Positions 27,169 to 35,470 of a stretch of 58,902 bases of DNA are shown piece after piece. The position numbers were made by a program, and so were the translations under genes. The notes beneath the pieces were generated by a model. It was not told the DNA's origin. It saw nothing but the letters and a program-made list of their open reading frames with translations, and searched no databases. Source of the stretch: Acidobacteriota bacterium (GTDB taxonomy: Bacteria; Acidobacteriota; JAAYUB01); contig JAGOHA010000007.1 of the NCBI GenBank assembly GCA_017996395.1, forward strand, positions 1 through 58,902. The letters run 5' to 3'. Every line of letters starts with the position of its first letter. Position 1 is the stretch's first letter.

Positions 27169-28734
27169 ATGAGTTGCAGCCACTGTACGCGTGTCGCTGT
27201 CCTGTTGCTCACCGTGCTGGTAGCCGGATGCGCCCGCGACGACTCCCGGTTGAACCTCGACGACCGCTCCGAGGTGGTCATCGCCACGGCCACGGGGCCG
27301 GTGGACCTGGACCCGCACGCCAACTCCGAGGAGATCACCAACACCATCTGTTTTCACCTCTTTGATCCGCTGGTTTTCCTGGACCGCAACTTCAAAGTGA
27401 TCCCCTGGGTGGCCGCGTCCTGGCGCAACCCGGATCCCGTCACCTGGATCATCAATCTCCGGCCCGACATCGTGTTTCACGACGGCAGCCGGCTTACCGC
27501 CCGCGACGTGGTGTACAGCTTCGAGCGCATCCTGAGCCTGCCCGGCTCGCCGCGCAAGCCGTTCCTCGTCAACATCCAGTCGTTCCAGGTGCTGGACGAT
27601 ACCACCATCCGCGTGGTGACGCACCAACCCTACATGCCGCTCATGTCGAAGCTGGCGCAGATCCTCATCGTTCCCGAGCGGTTCTACCGCGGCAAGAGCG
27701 CCGAATTCCTGCAGTTCAATCCCGTGGGCTCGGGGCCCTATCGGCTGGAACGGTACGAGCGCAACCGCGAAATCACGCTCCGGGCCACCCGCCGGCACTG
27801 GCGGCACACGCGGCTGTTCGAGACGGTCCGCTTCCGGATTATCGGCGACAACGTCCGGCGCACACGCCAGCTGCTGGCCGGACAGGTCGATTTCGTCAAG
27901 GACCCTGATCCCTCGGTCATGCCCGAGATCAAGGCGGCGGCCGAATACCGGACCGATATCGTGACCGGCATCAGGCTCATCTACATCGGCCTGACCTTCA
28001 AACCCACGCTGACCGGCGGCGAACCCAACCCGTTCGCCAACCCGGAGGTCCGCCGGGCGGTATCAATGGCCGTCAACCGGGACCTGCTCTGCCGCCAGAC
28101 CATGAGCGACATGGCCGAGCCGGCGCGACAGCTCGTGTCGCCGCTGGTGTTCGGTTATGCCGACAAGGTGTCCATCCCGCCGTACAATCCGTCCGGAGCG
28201 CTTGAAATACTGAAGCGGCACCGGTTCCCGTTCGACCACGAGTTCCCCTTGTACTACCCCGCCCACAAGTACTTCCGGATTCGGGAGACGGTGGAGGAAT
28301 GCAGCCGGCACCTCGCGGCGGTGGGGATCCGTACCCGACCGATGCCCATTCCGTTCGACTCCTTCCTGACGAGCCTGCCCAGCCGGGAGTACGACTGCTT
28401 CGTCTCCGGGTGGCTGGCCATCTCCGGCGACAGCTCCGATTTTTACGAAAACTGCTTCCACTCGGGCCGGGGGAATCCAAATTTCGGCTTTTACAATCCG
28501 GTCGGCTACACCGATCCGGAGATGGACCTGCTCATCGAGCGCAGCACCCAGACCGCCGACCGCGAACAACGCCTGGCGGTGCTCCAGCAGATCATGAGCA
28601 AGTGCGTGGACGAGATGGTCTGGATCCCGCTCTACTTCCTCCGGGACGGCTACGCCTACCGGCGGGACATCCTCTGGCAACCCCGTTACGACCGCTACGT
28701 TCTGGCGATGCAAATGAGTGTCGCGGACGAGTGA
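27169..28734 (+). CDS. ABC-type solute-binding lipoprotein, family 5 (peptide/nickel type)
   Basis: 521 aa with lipobox LVAGC. SBP_bac_5-like sequence runs through the whole protein. No permease or ATPase genes are adjacent. Confidence 0.8.
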   Translation: MSCSHCTRVAVLLLTVLVAGCARDDSRLNLDDRSEVVIATATGPVDLDPHANSEEITNTICFHLFDPLVFLDRNFKVIPWVAASWRNPDPVTWIINLRPDIVFHDGSRLTARDVVYSFERILSLPGSPRKPFLVNIQSFQVLDDTTIRVVTHQPYMPLMSKLAQILIVPERFYRGKSAEFLQFNPVGSGPYRLERYERNREITLRATRRHWRHTRLFETVRFRIIGDNVRRTRQLLAGQVDFVKDPDPSVMPEIKAAAEYRTDIVTGIRLIYIGLTFKPTLTGGEPNPFANPEVRRAVSMAVNRDLLCRQTMSDMAEPARQLVSPLVFGYADKVSIPPYNPSGALEILKRHRFPFDHEFPLYYPAHKYFRIRETVEECSRHLAAVGIRTRPMPIPFDSFLTSLPSREYDCFVSGWLAISGDSSDFYENCFHSGRGNPNFGFYNPVGYTDPEMDLLIERSTQTADREQRLAVLQQIMSKCVDEMVWIPLYFLRDGYAYRRDILWQPRYDRYVLAMQMSVADE

Positions 28735-28754
28735 ACCGGCCTCCCGTAGCCGCG

Positions 28755-28763
28755 TGATATAAT
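28755..28763 (+). promoter_or_regulatory. Second copy of the extended -10 element TGATATAAT
   Basis: CGTGATATAAT occurs at 28753-28763 and also at 26179-26189. This copy lies 54-66 nt upstream of the next start codon. Confidence 0.35.
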
Positions 28764-28816
28764 AAGTCCGCCCGACCCCTGTCGTTTCCGCGCCGGCGAT
28801 CCGTCCAATCCTTCGG

Positions 28817-29779
28817 GTGGGTGGGTGTATGCATCTGTCCTTCAAACAAGCCGCGGGCGTCGTTGCCCTCATCCTCGTTCTGGCTGCCGTGCTGCTGGTC
28901 TGGCGGGGCCGCGGCCGACCGCCGGCCGACGGCGTCGTGGTCGACGACCCGCTCGCCGGTGTGCGGGACCGTCTGCCCCAAGCCGTAAGCGTCTGGCAGG
29001 CCGAGGTGCCCGACCGGGAGTACGACCCCGACTCGATCTTCAGCTACATTGACGGGGCAGGTGAGGTGTACCGGGCCTTTGAGATGCAGCGCTGCCTCTC
29101 GCGCCGTTACAACCGGCCGGGTGGACCGGCGCTGGTGCTGGACCTGTTCGTCATGGCCACGCCGGCTGACGCCTTCGGCGTGTTCACCCACGACCTCGAC
29201 GGTGAGCCGGCGGGGATCGGTGAGGATTCCCGCTACCGTCCGGGTTGGCTGTGTTTCTGGCAGGGCCGGCTGTACGCGTCAATCTATGCGGAGGCCGAGG
29301 CCGACGGCGTCCCGGAGGCGATCCGCCAACTGGGGGCGGCGACAGCCGCCCTCGTCCCTCCGGCCGGAACCCGGCCGCCCATTCTCGCCGCGCTGCCGGC
29401 GGACGGACTGGACGCAGGGCGGGTCCGTTATTTCCACCATCCCGTCATCCTGAGCGCCCACTACTTTCTGGCCAACGTGAATCTGCTGCGGCTGGGTCCG
29501 GGGACGGCGGCCGTGCTGGCCGATTACCGGCGCGGCGGGAGCGACGCCAAGCTCCTGGTGGTGGAGTACGCCGCGGTCACCGAGGCGGAGCGCGCCGAGG
29601 CCGATTTCCTCACCGCCTATCTGCCCGAAGGGCAGGCCGGCGCGGCGACCCGGCTGGAGAACGGCCGGTGGGCCGGGGTGCAACGGGCGGGTCGGCGTTT
29701 GGCGGTGGTGCTCGAAGCGGGCGACGCGGGCACAGCCGAAGCCCTGCTGCAGGAATCTCTTTCCGGAGGCGGACAATGA
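28817..29779 (+). CDS. Hypothetical membrane-anchored protein (single N-terminal TM helix)
   Basis: 320-aa ORF with high GC3. The TM segment is AAGVVALILVLAAVLLVW. The start is either GTG 28817 or ATG 28829. Its stop overlaps the next gene's ATG (ATGA). I recognise no family with confidence. Confidence 0.55.
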   Translation: MGGCMHLSFKQAAGVVALILVLAAVLLVWRGRGRPPADGVVVDDPLAGVRDRLPQAVSVWQAEVPDREYDPDSIFSYIDGAGEVYRAFEMQRCLSRRYNRPGGPALVLDLFVMATPADAFGVFTHDLDGEPAGIGEDSRYRPGWLCFWQGRLYASIYAEAEADGVPEAIRQLGAATAALVPPAGTRPPILAALPADGLDAGRVRYFHHPVILSAHYFLANVNLLRLGPGTAAVLADYRRGGSDAKLLVVEYAAVTEAERAEADFLTAYLPEGQAGAATRLENGRWAGVQRAGRRLAVVLEAGDAGTAEALLQESLSGGGQ

Positions 29780-30684
29780 CCCCATCTTCCTGGACCATCA
29801 CCCGGCGCGACCTGATCCGGACCGGTACGCTGGCGGCCGCCGTCGGGGCGCTGGGTATGCACCTGCCGGGAGCGCCGCCGGCCGCCGCGACGGCCCGGAG
29901 CCGGGTGGTGCTGGCGCGGGACCCGGCGGTGTTCGACGCGGCCGGCAAGATCGTCGGCGAGCGACTGGAGACCCTGCTGGACCAGGCCGTCTGCAGCCTG
30001 TTCGGCGTCCGAAACATCCAGGATGCGCCGGCCGCCTGGCGGCAAATCGCCGGGCCGAATGACGTCGTGGGGATCAAGAGCAACGTCTGGCAGTTCCTGC
30101 CCACACCGAAGGAACTGGAGAACACCATCCGCCGCCGCCTGGAGGCGGCGGGTGTGGCCCCGGAAGACATCGCCGTGGACGATCGAGGCGTGCTGAAAAA
30201 CAACGTGTTCCGGCGGGCGACGGTTCTGGTCAACATCCGCACGGCGCGCACCCACCACTGGTCCGGGCTGGGCACGTGCCTGAAGAACTATATCATGTTC
30301 GTCCCGGACCCGTGGTCGTACCATCCCAATGCCTGCGAGAACCTCGGCGCCCTCTGGCAGCTGCCGCTGGTCAAGGGCAAGACCCGCCTGAACATCCTGG
30401 TGATGCTCACTCCGCTCTTCCACGGCATCGGGCCGCACCACTTCAGTGCCACCTACACCTGGCCGTACGCCGGGCTGGTGGTGGGCCGCGACCCGGTCTC
30501 CGTGGACAGCGTCGGCGCCCGGATCATCCAGGCCAGGCGGTTGGAGTATTTCAAGGAAGAGCGGCCCATCAGCCCGCCGCCCCTGCACATCGCCGCCGCC
30601 GACACCAAGTTCGGCCTGGGCCCCAGCACCATGGACCGCATCGAGCTCGTCCGGTTGGGCGCCACCGCCGGATCGCTGATCTGA
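29776..30684 (+). CDS. Tat-signal DUF362-like protein
   Basis: ORF 29245-30684 was trimmed to ATG 29776 (MTPSSWTITRRDLIRTGTLAAAVGALG), which gives a twin-arginine signal. The body resembles DUF362 (VVGIKSNVW...). Confidence 0.6.
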   Translation: MTPSSWTITRRDLIRTGTLAAAVGALGMHLPGAPPAAATARSRVVLARDPAVFDAAGKIVGERLETLLDQAVCSLFGVRNIQDAPAAWRQIAGPNDVVGIKSNVWQFLPTPKELENTIRRRLEAAGVAPEDIAVDDRGVLKNNVFRRATVLVNIRTARTHHWSGLGTCLKNYIMFVPDPWSYHPNACENLGALWQLPLVKGKTRLNILVMLTPLFHGIGPHHFSATYTWPYAGLVVGRDPVSVDSVGARIIQARRLEYFKEERPISPPPLHIAAADTKFGLGPSTMDRIELVRLGATAGSLI

Positions 30685-30691
30685 TCCGGCG

Positions 30692-31417
30692 ATGGGCTTC
30701 GTCGATCCCTTTCCCTTTACCTGCCGACCGGCCCGATTTCTGCGCCGGCTCAACCGGTTCGTGGTGGAAGCGGAGCTGGACGGCCGTACCGTGACGGCCC
30801 ACCTCCACGATCCGGGCCGGCTGACGGAGATCCTGACGCCCGGTGCGGACATCTTCCTGCGCCCCACCGAGGACGCCCGCCGCCGGACGCCGTTCACCGT
30901 GGCGCTGGCCCGGACGGACAACGTCCTGGTCTCGGTGGACACCTCGCTACCCAACCGCTTTCTCGACCGCTGCCTCCGGGCGGGGGCCCTGTACGAGTTT
31001 CGCGATTACATCGTGGCCCGCCGGGAGGCGCCGTACGGCCGCAGCCGGTTTGACTTTCATCTCATGGCCGCGGGCGTGGACATGCTCCTGGAGGTGAAAT
31101 CGGTCACGCTGGTCCGGGACGGACGCGCGTTGTTTCCCGACGCGCCGACCCGCCGGGGGGCGCGTCATCTCGAGGAGCTGGCCGCGGCCGCCCGGGACGG
31201 TTTTGTCGGCACGGTGCTGTTCCTCGTGCAGCGGCCCGACGCCATCGTGCTGAGTCCCCATCGGGCGATGGACCCGGTGTTCGCCCGGGCCTTGACGCGC
31301 GGATTCCGGCAGGGGCTGGAGATCCTTGCTTACACGTGCCGCGTTTCGCTGGACGGGATGGCGCTCGACCGGCGGATCCCGGTGGACCTCCACTATGACG
31401 ACGAGGCGCCCGCCTGA
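30692..31417 (+). CDS. sfsA: Sugar fermentation stimulation protein SfsA homolog
   Basis: 241 aa. RFLRRLNRFVVEAELDGRTVTAHLHDPGRL matches the SfsA N-terminal OB region. The C-terminal region is nuclease-like. Confidence 0.85.
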   Translation: MGFVDPFPFTCRPARFLRRLNRFVVEAELDGRTVTAHLHDPGRLTEILTPGADIFLRPTEDARRRTPFTVALARTDNVLVSVDTSLPNRFLDRCLRAGALYEFRDYIVARREAPYGRSRFDFHLMAAGVDMLLEVKSVTLVRDGRALFPDAPTRRGARHLEELAAAARDGFVGTVLFLVQRPDAIVLSPHRAMDPVFARALTRGFRQGLEILAYTCRVSLDGMALDRRIPVDLHYDDEAPA

Positions 31418-32202
31418 TGTCCGACGCCGCACCCGGCCCATGCCCGTCCGCTTACCGCTTCCCCGAAGCGGCGTTCGGCGACTACCTGCGCGCCCGCGGG
31501 CTCCGGCTCCGGGAACTGACACCGGAACGCTTGCAGGAGCTGCACGTGGCGGCGGGCTGCACGGCCGGAGACCCGGCGGCCTGGGAGGCGTTCTTCCGGG
31601 AGTACCGTCCGTTCCTGCGGCATGTGGCCGGGCGGCTCGCCGGCCAGCCGGCCGATGCCGATGATCTGGCGTCCCAGGTGATCGAGGGATTGATGGCCGG
31701 CGGCAAGATGGCCCGCTATTCGGGTCGCGGGTCGTTCCGTGGCTGGCTTCGGGCCGTGACCGCCCACCTGTTTCTGGACGGGCAGCGGCGCCGCCGGCAC
31801 ATGCGGTGGGAACCGCTGGAGAACGAGGCGGATCGCACCGCGACCGAGGTCGTGCCGGACAACGAATGCGAGCAATACTTTCATCCGGTGTTCTTGAACG
31901 AGCTGGCCGACGGCCTGGCGAGCGCACTGCGGGCGCTGCCACGCGTCAAGGCGGCCTTCCTGAACATGTACTACTTCCAGGGTCTGACCCTGGCTGAGGC
32001 GGCGGCCGAGCTGGCGGTACACGAGTCCACCGCCAGCCGGTGGAACGCCGCCATCGTCGATGAGCTGCAGCGGCGCATGGACCGGTTCCTGCGCCGCGAC
32101 AAGGGCTGGACGGCGGCTGATGTGGCTGATTTCATGGAGCGCTGCCTCGGCTACCTGGCGGGGCGACTGGAGAAACTGCGCCGGTCGCTGCTGCCGGATT
32201 GA
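31417..32202 (+). CDS. ECF-type RNA polymerase sigma factor with N- and C-terminal extensions
   Basis: 261 aa. Region-2-like sequence: DDLASQVIEGLM...FRGWLRAV. Region-4 HTH: FQGLTLAEAAAELAVHESTASRW. The start overlaps the sfsA stop (TGATG). Confidence 0.75.
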   Translation: MSDAAPGPCPSAYRFPEAAFGDYLRARGLRLRELTPERLQELHVAAGCTAGDPAAWEAFFREYRPFLRHVAGRLAGQPADADDLASQVIEGLMAGGKMARYSGRGSFRGWLRAVTAHLFLDGQRRRRHMRWEPLENEADRTATEVVPDNECEQYFHPVFLNELADGLASALRALPRVKAAFLNMYYFQGLTLAEAAAELAVHESTASRWNAAIVDELQRRMDRFLRRDKGWTAADVADFMERCLGYLAGRLEKLRRSLLPD

Positions 32203-32247
32203 GATCCGGCGTGCAAGTCCGACGCCCGGGGTGCGTCTATAGGGTGT

Positions 32248-33315
32248 ATGAGTAAACGAACGTCCGAACAGTTTTGGCGTCTGGTGCTCGGCGGCTTCGG
32301 CCGCCGCGGCGGCGACGGCTGCGTCGGCGACGAGGAGCTGGCCATATTCGCCGCCGGCGAGCCGATGGAGGGCGGGACGCGCCGCCGGGTGGCGCGGCAC
32401 GTGGCCCGCTGCCCGGCCTGCCTGGAACAGACGCTCGTGCTCCGCCGGCTGTCCGGCGCAACGCACCCCCTGTTTCATCGCACGGGGGCAGACGTCTGGT
32501 CGGCGGCATGGCGTCCGGCGGCTACGGTGGCGGCGGCGCTGGTGCTGGCCGGGCTGCTCTACCTCGGCGGTGTGGGGCTGCAGCAAAATCGGGGGGACGC
32601 GCTCGTCCCGGCCGTACCGATGACGGAACAGGCCCAGCCGCGGCCCGCCGAACCCCGGGAGGCCGTTTCCGCCGTGCCGGACCGGGAGGGGGAGATGGCC
32701 GCCGCCAAGTCCGAACCGGTCCGCCGGGCCAAGGACCGACCGGCGGCGGCCCCACCTGCGGAGCCTTTGGCCGACCAGGCGGTGTTCGCGCCGGAAGCGG
32801 TGATGCTCGAGGCGCAGCCGGTGTCCTCCGCGACCGCCGGGCGGGAGCGGAAGGCGTCCGACGAGAAACAGGCGGCGGCCGACGACCAGCAGCGGACGGC
32901 GGATAACGAGGTCCGCCAGCGAGTGGATTACTCCAACATCGACTCTGCCAAAAGCGTCCAGGCGGCACCCGCGGCTCCGGCGCCTGCCGCCGGCGGAGCC
33001 GCCGTGGGCGCCCAGCGGCTGGCGCTGAAAGAGGAAGCGATGGCCAAGGGCCGGGAAGCGGACGACTGGAGCGCCCGCCTGGCGAATCTGTGCCGGTCCC
33101 GGCGCGAGGACGCCCCGCAGATCGTCTGGCAGGGCCGGCGGTTCCTGCGGGTGGACGACGTGCTCATCGAGGAGGGGGTCTGTGCCCGGCTGGGGCGGTG
33201 GCCGGTGCGTCCGGCCACGCCGGCGGAGAAGACGCAGCTCCGGGAGGCCGCCGGCTACGATCCCGCCTGGCGGGGCGTCTGGCTGCTGGGGGAGAACGAG
33301 ATTACGGGGTGGTGA
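32248..33315 (+). CDS. Putative anti-sigma factor (zf-HC2 type) with one TM helix and an Ala/Pro-rich extracytoplasmic region
   Basis: HVARCPACLEQ motif, TM segment AATVAAALVLAGLLYLGGVGL, and a position directly after the ECF sigma gene. Confidence 0.65.
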   Translation: MSKRTSEQFWRLVLGGFGRRGGDGCVGDEELAIFAAGEPMEGGTRRRVARHVARCPACLEQTLVLRRLSGATHPLFHRTGADVWSAAWRPAATVAAALVLAGLLYLGGVGLQQNRGDALVPAVPMTEQAQPRPAEPREAVSAVPDREGEMAAAKSEPVRRAKDRPAAAPPAEPLADQAVFAPEAVMLEAQPVSSATAGRERKASDEKQAAADDQQRTADNEVRQRVDYSNIDSAKSVQAAPAAPAPAAGGAAVGAQRLALKEEAMAKGREADDWSARLANLCRSRREDAPQIVWQGRRFLRVDDVLIEEGVCARLGRWPVRPATPAEKTQLREAAGYDPAWRGVWLLGENEITGW

Positions 33316-34135
33316 CGCCGGGAGGATCCGGCGCCGCTTTCTGGACCAGTTGGTGCAGCCGCGGGCGGAGGAGAAAGCGGTCCAGGTCCCGGGCGATGGA
33401 CACGATCATGGGCCAGCTGTGGGGGACCAGGTCCTGGGCGTGAGCCAGGTTGTTGCGAAGCACCTCCATCTCCTTGACCTTGATCTTGAACTGGCGACGG
33501 GATTCGATGCCGGTGAAGAGGCAGAAATGGTCGTCGCGCAGCAGAACTTCCACTTTGTCGGACAACTGCAGACAATCCTCGAGCCGGCACGGCTGCCCCC
33601 GCCGCGTCCGCTCATCCTGCAGCGCCTGGGCCTTCTCCAGCCGGCCGGGGGCGATCCGGGTGCGCCACGAACCGTCGGGATAGACCAGGTCGAGGGCGGC
33701 GGCGGCGCGCATTTCCATCAGGGTGACCATGCCGAATAGCCACATCCGGCCGGGCGCCTTCTGGATCCCCGCCGGGCGGATGAGGCCGTTGAATTCGCCC
33801 AGGGTGCGCACGAGCAGGAACGGCTCGTCGGCCAGCCGGGCGAGCGCCAGGTGCAACGGCATCTCGCCGTGGACCGTCTGCTCGGGACGGATGGGATCGG
33901 GCCCGGTGATATCGTCCGCCGTGGCGTCGGGGCGGTGCAAGTGTCGCGTCACGAGGCCGTCCTCGCGGATTCCGGCGATGACGTATCCACGGCGGTTCAT
34001 CACCTCCCGGACGGCCGCCAGGTCGGCCTGCGCGTCAAAGGACGGCAGGGGGTCGGCGATGTCGGCGGCGTGGAAAGACGTGACGAAGAAATCCCATAGC
34101 CGTTCGGCCGGTTCCATCACCTCCAAGTCTTTCAT
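33302..34135 (-). CDS. CBS-pair + HEPN (Rx4H) domain protein
   Basis: 277 aa. Two CBS-like modules are present: ADLAAVREVMNRRGYVIAGIREDGLVTRHL and PLHLALARLADEPFLLVRTLGEFNGLIRPAGI. The C-terminal helical region carries EVLRNNLAHAQD (R-x4-H). GGGAGG RBS. Confidence 0.6.
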   Translation of the reverse strand: MKDLEVMEPAERLWDFFVTSFHAADIADPLPSFDAQADLAAVREVMNRRGYVIAGIREDGLVTRHLHRPDATADDITGPDPIRPEQTVHGEMPLHLALARLADEPFLLVRTLGEFNGLIRPAGIQKAPGRMWLFGMVTLMEMRAAAALDLVYPDGSWRTRIAPGRLEKAQALQDERTRRGQPCRLEDCLQLSDKVEVLLRDDHFCLFTGIESRRQFKIKVKEMEVLRNNLAHAQDLVPHSWPMIVSIARDLDRFLLRPRLHQLVQKAAPDPPGVTTP

Positions 34136-34172
34136 CCCGGAAACCTCCCGCGTCCGTTTGCCCGTCCGCTGG

Positions 34173-34188
34173 CGCTGCTATTGTGCCA
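34173..34188 (-). promoter_or_regulatory. Sigma54-like -24/-12 element upstream of the CBS-HEPN gene (weak call)
   Basis: The minus strand reads TGGCACAATAGCAGCG. The -24 TGGCAC is perfect and GC sits at the correct -12 spacing, but the -12 flank is poor. It lies about 40 nt upstream of ATG 34135. Confidence 0.25.
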
Positions 34189-34249
34189 GAATCGATGCAG
34201 GCAGGCAATCCGCGAAGTGGCTGCACCCTTGAACCGTTTCCGCTTCCGC

Positions 34250-34640
34250 ATATTCAGAGTCTTGTATTTTGTTCAATATTTTGTTAGCTTTTAATGAAAG
34301 AACTTATGGTCGACCTGATTTCAACACAATATTCAATAAGTACGAAATATTTGAAACGGTATGAAATATCGTACTTCTTTGCCATCTGCTGGCCGGCACA
34401 TTTCCGGCGGGTGAAGGCTTTAATTAAAGATAATTAAGAATTTAGGATCGGTTGATCGGTCCACCACCTGAATGGCATCGATCATGCACTAACCCAAGGC
34501 TCGCATGTTATTATTAAGATCCTGCATGTGGAGTTTGGGTTTACCGGTTGTCGATCATTAAATGCGGGGAACGCGCAACGATTCGAATTGATATCAATCA
34601 GCACTGAATCGATATTTCAAATCCAAATTAGGAGAAGAGA
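34250..34640. other. AT-rich intergenic island with repeats and palindromes
   Basis: By hand count, G+C is about 39% over 34261-34620 and about 28% over 34261-34380, against visibly >60% in the flanks. It contains a direct repeat TATTTTGTT x2 (34265-34285), an inverted repeat AGTACGA/TCGTACT (34339-34375), TTAATTAA (34420-34427) and a perfect 12-bp palindrome ATTGATATCAAT (34587-34598). Confidence 0.85.
34588..34616 (+). promoter_or_regulatory. Candidate sigma70 promoter of the OM beta-barrel gene
   Basis: TTGATA (34588-34593)-N17-GATATT (34611-34616). The -35 lies inside the 12-bp palindrome. AGGAGA RBS at 34630-34635. Confidence 0.45.
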
Positions 34641-34641
34641 C

Positions 34642-35331
34642 ATGAACCGATTGATCCTGTTGATGGCGGCCAGCCTGATCCTCCTGCCGGCGATCGCCAC
34701 CGACGCCGCGGCCCAGCGCTACGGCCAGTCGAGCACGGCCGGTGCCCTTGAAATCACTCCGTTCTTCGGCTACTCGTTCAGCAGCGGCATCGATGTCGCC
34801 AACGATTTCGGCGAGCTGTTCGTCGAGGAAGTCAATCCCGTCAGCGGTTACAGCTGGGGCGTCGCCGGCGACGTGTTCCTCGGCCGGAACCGGAACTTCG
34901 GCATCGGCTTCCAGTACGCCCAGCAGGACAGCGGGCTGGAGCTCAACTTCGCCGGCGGCGGCAAGGAGGAGATCGCCAGCATGCAGGTGCGCAACTATCA
35001 CGCCACCTTCACCGCCCAGTTCCTGGACAACGACAGCAAGGTCCGTCCGTTCATCTTCGGCGGCATCGGCGCCACCCAGTTCGCCCCGGGCGATTACCAG
35101 GGCACCGAGATCGACGGCGAGACCAAGTTTTCCACCACCTGGGGCGGCGGCGTGAAGGTGTTCTTCAGCGAGCACATCGGCACCCGGCTCATGGCCCGCT
35201 GGACGCCCACCTACATCTATTCGGAGTCCGAGGGGATCTGGTGCCACCCGTACTGGGGCTGCTGGGAGTACGGCGACGCCAAGTACGTGCACCAGTTCGA
35301 GCTCAGCGCCGGCCTGATCCTGCGCTTCTGA
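34642..35331 (+). CDS. Outer-membrane beta-barrel protein (OmpA-like N-terminal barrel / OmpW-like class)
   Basis: ORF 34528-35331 was trimmed to ATG 34642 (MNRLILLMAASLILLPAIATDAAAQ), which gives a signal peptide. The sequence has alternating beta-strand patterns and ends in a C-terminal Phe (LILRF). Confidence 0.8.
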   Translation: MNRLILLMAASLILLPAIATDAAAQRYGQSSTAGALEITPFFGYSFSSGIDVANDFGELFVEEVNPVSGYSWGVAGDVFLGRNRNFGIGFQYAQQDSGLELNFAGGGKEEIASMQVRNYHATFTAQFLDNDSKVRPFIFGGIGATQFAPGDYQGTEIDGETKFSTTWGGGVKVFFSEHIGTRLMARWTPTYIYSESEGIWCHPYWGCWEYGDAKYVHQFELSAGLILRF

Positions 35332-35357
35332 TCCGGGCCGCGCCGCCCGACGCGTTT

Positions 35358-35388
35358 CGCCCGGCGGGCATGGCCCGCCGGGCGTTTT
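35358..35388 (+). terminator. Rho-independent terminator of the OM barrel gene
   Basis: Perfect 12-bp stem CGCCCGGCGGGC / GCCCGCCGGGCG, 3-nt loop, followed by TTTT (35385-35388). Confidence 0.8.
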
Positions 35389-35419
35389 GAATCCTGACGA
35401 CCCGCTCTGGAAAATGACA

Positions 35420-35442
35420 ACGCCCGGCTTCGAGCCGGGCGT
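35420..35442. terminator. Second GC hairpin between convergent genes (probable terminator for the DUF4136 gene, or bidirectional)
   Basis: 9-bp stem ACGCCCGGC / GCCGGGCGT with loop TTCGA. U-rich stretches occur on both strands, but neither is immediately adjacent. Confidence 0.4.
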
Positions 35443-35470
35443 TTCGGTTTCATCGGGATCGACTGAACGC

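Noticed and set aside
34294-34437. 47-codon ORF (MKELMVDLISTQYSISTKYLKRYEISYFFAICWPAHFRRVKALIKDN) inside the AT-rich island
   Set aside because: It has no RBS. Its codon usage is completely unlike the rest of the window. It spans the inverted and direct repeats, which look like DNA or RNA-level signals. It is kept only as a remote possibility.
34473-34488. Plus-strand sigma54-like motif TGGCATCGATCATGCA upstream of the OM barrel gene
   Set aside because: The GG/GC spacing is correct, but both half-sites deviate from consensus. It lies about 150 nt from the start codon. A better-placed sigma70 candidate (34588-34616) exists, and no enhancer-binding protein gene is in the window.
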